DNA of 64,000 nucleotides, from the NCBI GenBank assembly GCA_020445945.1, contig JAGRFQ010000028.1:28680-92679 (forward strand). Reading direction: 5' to 3'. The notes beneath the pieces were generated by a model. It searched no databases, had not been told where the DNA came from, and saw only the letters and a list, made by a program, of their open reading frames with translations. Source of the stretch: Rhodocyclaceae bacterium (GTDB taxonomy: Bacteria > Pseudomonadota > Gammaproteobacteria > Burkholderiales > Rhodocyclaceae). Below, piece by piece: positions 60,056 to 64,000 of the stretch (positions are counted from its first letter, which is position 1; every line of letters starts with the position of its first letter). The position numbers were made by a program, and so were the translations under genes.

Positions 60056-61024
60056 ATGTCGGACTTGCTGAAGAACATCGATGCGCGCACCCGCCTGGCA
60101 GGCACGAACAAGCTGGAGATCCTGCTGTTCTCGCTGGGGACCGATGCGCGCACCGGGCGACGCGAGACCTACGGTATCAACGTGTTCAAGGTGCGCGAGG
60201 TGATGCGCACGCCGCCGATCACCTCGGCGCCCGAGATGCCGCCCTCCGTCGAGGGCATGGTGAGTTTGCGCGGGGTGCTGGTGCCGGTGGTGGATCTGGC
60301 CAAGTACGCCGGGATCGGCGACGGGGCCAAACGCGAAATCATGATCGTCACCGAGTACAACGGTCACACCCAGGGGTTCCTGGTCGAAGCCGTCGATACC
60401 ATCCTGCGGCTGGACTGGGCGCAGATGCGTGTGCCGCCGGCCATGCTGATGGCCAAACTCGGTGGCCTGGTGACCGCCGTGACCGAATTGCCGAACAACG
60501 AGCTGGTGATGATGCTGGACGTCGAAAAGGTGCTTGCCGAGACGGCGGGCAGCGACGACGAGCACCTGTTCAAGGGCATCGAGCCGCTGGACGAAGAGAA
60601 CGTCACCATTCTCTACGCCGACGATTCGTCGGTGGCCCGCAACCAGATCGCACGCACGCTCGATGTGCTCAAGGTTCGCGGCATCGCGGCGGTCAATGGC
60701 CGGGCTGCGTGGGATGAGCTCGACAAGATCGCCCGCGCCGCCGACGCCAACGGACGCAAGATGCGCGATGTGGTGCGGCTGGTGCTGACCGACATAGAGA
60801 TGCCGGAGATGGATGGCTACATCCTGACCAAGAAGATCAAGTCCGACCCGCGCTTCGAAGGCATTCCGGTGCTGATGCATTCGTCCCTGTCCGGGATGTC
60901 GAACCAGCAGCTCGGGCTGTCGGTCGGGGTGGATGAATACGTGCCCAAGTTCGAGCCTCAGCGCCTGTCGTCAACCCTGCGCCGTTTGCTCGGCAAGGGC
61001 GGCGTCGACGCCGAGGCGGCTTAA
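60056..61024 (+). CDS. cheV: chemotaxis protein CheV (CheW-REC)
   Basis: [49 protein letters not shown]. Confidence 0.93.
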   Translation: MSDLLKNIDARTRLAGTNKLEILLFSLGTDARTGRRETYGINVFKVREVMRTPPITSAPEMPPSVEGMVSLRGVLVPVVDLAKYAGIGDGAKREIMIVTEYNGHTQGFLVEAVDTILRLDWAQMRVPPAMLMAKLGGLVTAVTELPNNELVMMLDVEKVLAETAGSDDEHLFKGIEPLDEENVTILYADDSSVARNQIARTLDVLKVRGIAAVNGRAAWDELDKIARAADANGRKMRDVVRLVLTDIEMPEMDGYILTKKIKSDPRFEGIPVLMHSSLSGMSNQQLGLSVGVDEYVPKFEPQRLSSTLRRLLGKGGVDAEAA

Positions 61025-61038
61025 TCAAGGATGAGCAC

Positions 61039-62016
61039 ATGAGCAAGCTTGAGACCAGACAGCCTGGCACGACGGTGGGCGGCGCGGAAAAGACCATGCT
61101 CGACGACGTCGACGCGCGCACGAAGCTCGTCGGCTCGAATCGCATGGAGATCCTGCTCTTCTCGCTCGGCACCGGCGAGACCTTCGGCATCAACGTGTTC
61201 AAGGTGCGCGAGGTGTCGAAGACGCCGTTCATCACCAAGGCGCCGAACATGCCGGTCGGGGTCGAGGGACTGATCTCGCTGCGCGGCAACGTCATTCCGG
61301 TGCTCGCGCTGTCCCGGGTGCTGGGCCTGGCGGATCCCGGCGCGCCGCTGGGCGGCTCGATGATGGTGACCGAATACAGCAAGCGCACGCTCGGCTTCCT
61401 GGTGGACGAAGTGGACCGCATCATTCGCGTCGACTGGGACCGGGTGCGCACCCCGGAGAACGTCTCCAACGGCGTCAACAGCTTCATCACCGCGATTACC
61501 GAGCTGCCCGACGGCACGCTGGTGTCGATCCTCGACGTCGAGACCATTCTCTCCAACACCTTTGGCGAGGTGGTCATCGGCAGCATCCAGCCGCTCGGCG
61601 GTGCGACCGAGGCCAACGTGTTCTTCGTCGACGACTCGGCGGTGGCCCGCAAGAAAATCGCCGAAGTGCTCGACAAGCTCGACGTCAAGCACAAGCATGC
61701 CCAGAACGGGCTCGAAGCCTGGACGCGGCTCGAAGGCATGGCCAAGCACGCGCACGCCTGCGGGCGACCGCTGGTCGATGATGTCGATCTCATTCTGGTC
61801 GATGCCGAAATGCCCGAGATGGACGGCTACGTGCTGACCCGCAACATCAAGGCCGATGTGCGCTTCGAAGGCATTCCCGTGGTGATGCATTCATCCTTGT
61901 CCTCGGAGGCCAGCCGCTCCATGGGCAAGCGCGTAGGGGTGGACGCCTACGTGGCCAAATTCGATGCCGATCACCTGGCAGAAACCCTGCGCCCGCTCTT
62001 GATGCGCCACCGGTGA
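61039..62016 (+). CDS. cheV: second chemotaxis protein CheV (CheW-REC)
   Basis: [50 protein letters not shown]. Confidence 0.93.
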   Translation: MSKLETRQPGTTVGGAEKTMLDDVDARTKLVGSNRMEILLFSLGTGETFGINVFKVREVSKTPFITKAPNMPVGVEGLISLRGNVIPVLALSRVLGLADPGAPLGGSMMVTEYSKRTLGFLVDEVDRIIRVDWDRVRTPENVSNGVNSFITAITELPDGTLVSILDVETILSNTFGEVVIGSIQPLGGATEANVFFVDDSAVARKKIAEVLDKLDVKHKHAQNGLEAWTRLEGMAKHAHACGRPLVDDVDLILVDAEMPEMDGYVLTRNIKADVRFEGIPVVMHSSLSSEASRSMGKRVGVDAYVAKFDADHLAETLRPLLMRHR

Positions 62017-62051
62017 GCGGAACCGGCGCAAAGGACACACCGGAGAAAACG

Positions 62052-62453
62052 ATGGCGGATCCAAACATGAAGTTTCTCGTTGTTGATGACTTTTCGACCA
62101 TGCGGCGCATCGTCCGCAACCTCCTCAAGGAGTTGGGATTCACCAACGTCGATGAGGCCGAAGACGGTGTCGCGGCCTTGCAAAAACTCGGCTCGGCCCA
62201 GTTCGATTTTGTGGTGACGGACTGGAACATGCCCAACATGGATGGCCTGACCCTCCTGCAGACCATCCGCAAGACACCACAGTTCAAGGACCTTCCGGTG
62301 CTGATGATTACCGCCGAGGCGAAGAAGGAAAACATCATCGCCGCCGCGCAGGCCGGTGCCAGTGGCTACATCGTCAAGCCCTTCACTGCCGCGACGATGG
62401 CCGAAAAACTGGAAAAGATCTTCGAAAAAATGGGCAAGAAGGCGGCTGCCTGA
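62052..62453 (+). CDS. cheY: motor-binding chemotaxis response regulator CheY
   Basis: [30 protein letters not shown]...DWNMPNMDG...[29 protein letters not shown] (E. coli-like). Confidence 0.97.
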   Translation: MADPNMKFLVVDDFSTMRRIVRNLLKELGFTNVDEAEDGVAALQKLGSAQFDFVVTDWNMPNMDGLTLLQTIRKTPQFKDLPVLMITAEAKKENIIAAAQAGASGYIVKPFTAATMAEKLEKIFEKMGKKAAA

Positions 62454-62480
62454 ACGCCGTTGGACGACAGGAGGCCGATC

Positions 62481-63359
62481 ATGGCAAATCGCATGAAATT
62501 TGACGAGACCGGAGACTCGGACGATCTCCAGGCATTGTTCGACAGTATCGCCAGCGCCCCGGCAGAGAAGCCCAAACTCGAGGTGATTGCTGCGCAGGCC
62601 GACAGCAGCGGCGACGATGACGAGCTGCAAGCCTTGTTTGACGCCGTGGCCGATGAATTCGAAACCGCGGCCGCGGACGCCGAGGTGCCGCCGAGCGCGC
62701 CGCCTTCCGCGCCTGACGCCGTCGAGCGCCCGCAGCTGCCCCCCGATCATGGCGGCGAGACGATGTTCCGGCGCTTGGGCGAGATGACGCGCCGGGTGCA
62801 CGATTCGCTGCGCGAGCTGGGTTACGACAAGGAATTGAAGGACGCGGTCGAGGCGATTCCCGACACCCGCCAGCGGCTCAACTACATCGCCCAGATGACC
62901 GAGCAGGCCGCCAGCCGGGTGCTCAACGCCACCGACATCGCCCAGCCGATCCAGGAGCGTGTGGCCACCGGCGCCGACACGCTCAAGGGGCAGTGGGACA
63001 AGCTCTACGCCAACCAACTGTCGCCGGACGAATTCAAACAGCTCGCGCAGCAGACGCGGGACTTCCTCGGCAGCGTGGCCGACGACAGCCGCGCCACCAA
63101 CGCCCAGCTGACCGAAATCATGATGGCACAGGACTTTCAGGACCTGACCGGCCAGGTCATCAAGAAGGTCGTCGCGCTGGCGCAGACCCTCGAATCGCAG
63201 TTGCTCGAAGTGCTGCTCGAGACCGCCCCGGAAGACAAGCGCCCGGCGCGCAAGGACGACGGCCTGATGAACGGCCCGGTGGTCAGCAGCGCGGGCAGGG
63301 AAGATGTGGTGACCAGCCAGGAGCAGGTCGACGATCTGCTCGAGAGCCTGGGATTCTGA
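62481..63359 (+). CDS. cheZ: CheY-P phosphatase CheZ with N-terminal extension
   Basis: IPD.R.RL.YI..MTEQAA, EIMMAQDFQDLTGQVIKK, NGP, SQEQVDDLLESLGF. Confidence 0.95.
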   Translation: MANRMKFDETGDSDDLQALFDSIASAPAEKPKLEVIAAQADSSGDDDELQALFDAVADEFETAAADAEVPPSAPPSAPDAVERPQLPPDHGGETMFRRLGEMTRRVHDSLRELGYDKELKDAVEAIPDTRQRLNYIAQMTEQAASRVLNATDIAQPIQERVATGADTLKGQWDKLYANQLSPDEFKQLAQQTRDFLGSVADDSRATNAQLTEIMMAQDFQDLTGQVIKKVVALAQTLESQLLEVLLETAPEDKRPARKDDGLMNGPVVSSAGREDVVTSQEQVDDLLESLGF

Positions 63360-63421
63360 AACACGATGCAGCCCGTCGACAGGTGTCGACGCCGGCCGGG
63401 TGACAAGCGGAGAGAGCCAAG

Positions 63422-64000
63422 ATGAGCGACTTCAGCGGAATGGAAGAGCTGCTGCAGGATTTTCTGGTGGAAGCCGGAGATCTGTTGTCGGACGTGGACA
63501 ACAAGCTGGTCGATCTCGAGCGTTCGGCAGACGATGTGGGCTTGCTCAACGAGATCTTTCGCGGCTTTCATACCATCAAGGGGGGGGCCGGCTTTCTGGC
63601 CGCCTCGGAGCTGGTGACGCTGTGCCACCTGACCGAGAACCTGTTCGACAAGCTGCGTAACGGCGAGCTCGAAGTGACGCCGGAGATCATGGATGTGATC
63701 CTCGCCGCGACCGGCGCGGTGCGCGACATGTTCGGCTATCTCGAGCAAGCCACCCAGCCGCCCGCGGCAGACGATGCGCTGATCGCCAGCCTCAAGCAGG
63801 CGCTCGCCGGCGAGCTGGTGCTGGCCACCGGGGCAAGCGTCGACGCGGCACCGGCCGAGGCCGCCGCGTCGGCCGCCAGCGACGGCGGGCCGGACTGGAA
63901 CCAGATGTATCAGGTCGTGGTCGGCACTGCCGCGCCAACGGTCGAACCGTCGCCGCCGGCCACGACACCCGCGCCGCAGCCGGCCAACCCGCCGGAAGAA
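63422..64000 (+). CDS. cheA: second CheA (F6-like; 5' part, runs off right edge)
   Basis: MSDFSGMEELLQDFLVEAGDLLSDVDNKLVDLE...NEIFRGFHTIKGGAGFL...LCHLTENLFDKLRNG (Hpt domain), after cheY-cheZ. Confidence 0.93.
   Translation, partial: MSDFSGMEELLQDFLVEAGDLLSDVDNKLVDLERSADDVGLLNEIFRGFHTIKGGAGFLAASELVTLCHLTENLFDKLRNGELEVTPEIMDVILAATGAVRDMFGYLEQATQPPAADDALIASLKQALAGELVLATGASVDAAPAEAAASAASDGGPDWNQMYQVVVGTAAPTVEPSPPATTPAPQPANPPEE

Noticed and set aside
63374-63391. Palindrome CGTCGACA-GG-TGTCGACG between cheZ and cheA
   Set aside because: Built from two GTCGAC hexamers that are very frequent in this sequence; the 2-nt loop is too short for a terminator and it matches no operator I recognise.

Overview
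High-GC betaproteobacterial chromosome segment; the gene set and proteins look Rhodocyclales/Zoogloeaceae-like (inference). Left to right: parC (cut by the window edge) and parE, separated by a vapBC toxin-antitoxin pair; flgN-flgM-flgA diverging from flgBCDEFGHIJKL; a mixed housekeeping/accessory stretch (uncharacterised lipoprotein, small Cys-rich secreted protein, SpoIIAA-like protein, S4 protein, MscS, YkgJ, KefC-type, phhA, miaA, TraB/GumN, mutL, OmpA-like, DedA, purN, DUF3108, RsmB/NOP, desaturase, RluE-like, CPA1 antiporter, HNH nuclease, NUDIX); two c-di-GMP response regulators; flhDC, motAB; an F7/Che2-like chemosensory cluster (McpA-like, CheY, CheA, CheW, two Aer2-derived chimeric receptors, CheR, CheD, CheB, HsbA-like STAS); then an F6-like cluster (MCP, cheV, cheV, cheY, cheZ, cheA cut by the edge). 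No rRNA, tRNA, CRISPR array or IS element was seen. The most notable signal is a hybrid motility system. Enteric-type FlhDC coexists with sigma54-type promoters at flgB and flgK, and a CGGCAA-N3-TTGCCG palindrome occurs upstream of both flgB and flhD. About ten sigma28-type promoters link the c-di-GMP genes and both chemosensory classes, and the F7 and F6 systems sit in tandem behind flhDC-motAB. All promoter and domain calls are by eye, without HMM or database searches.
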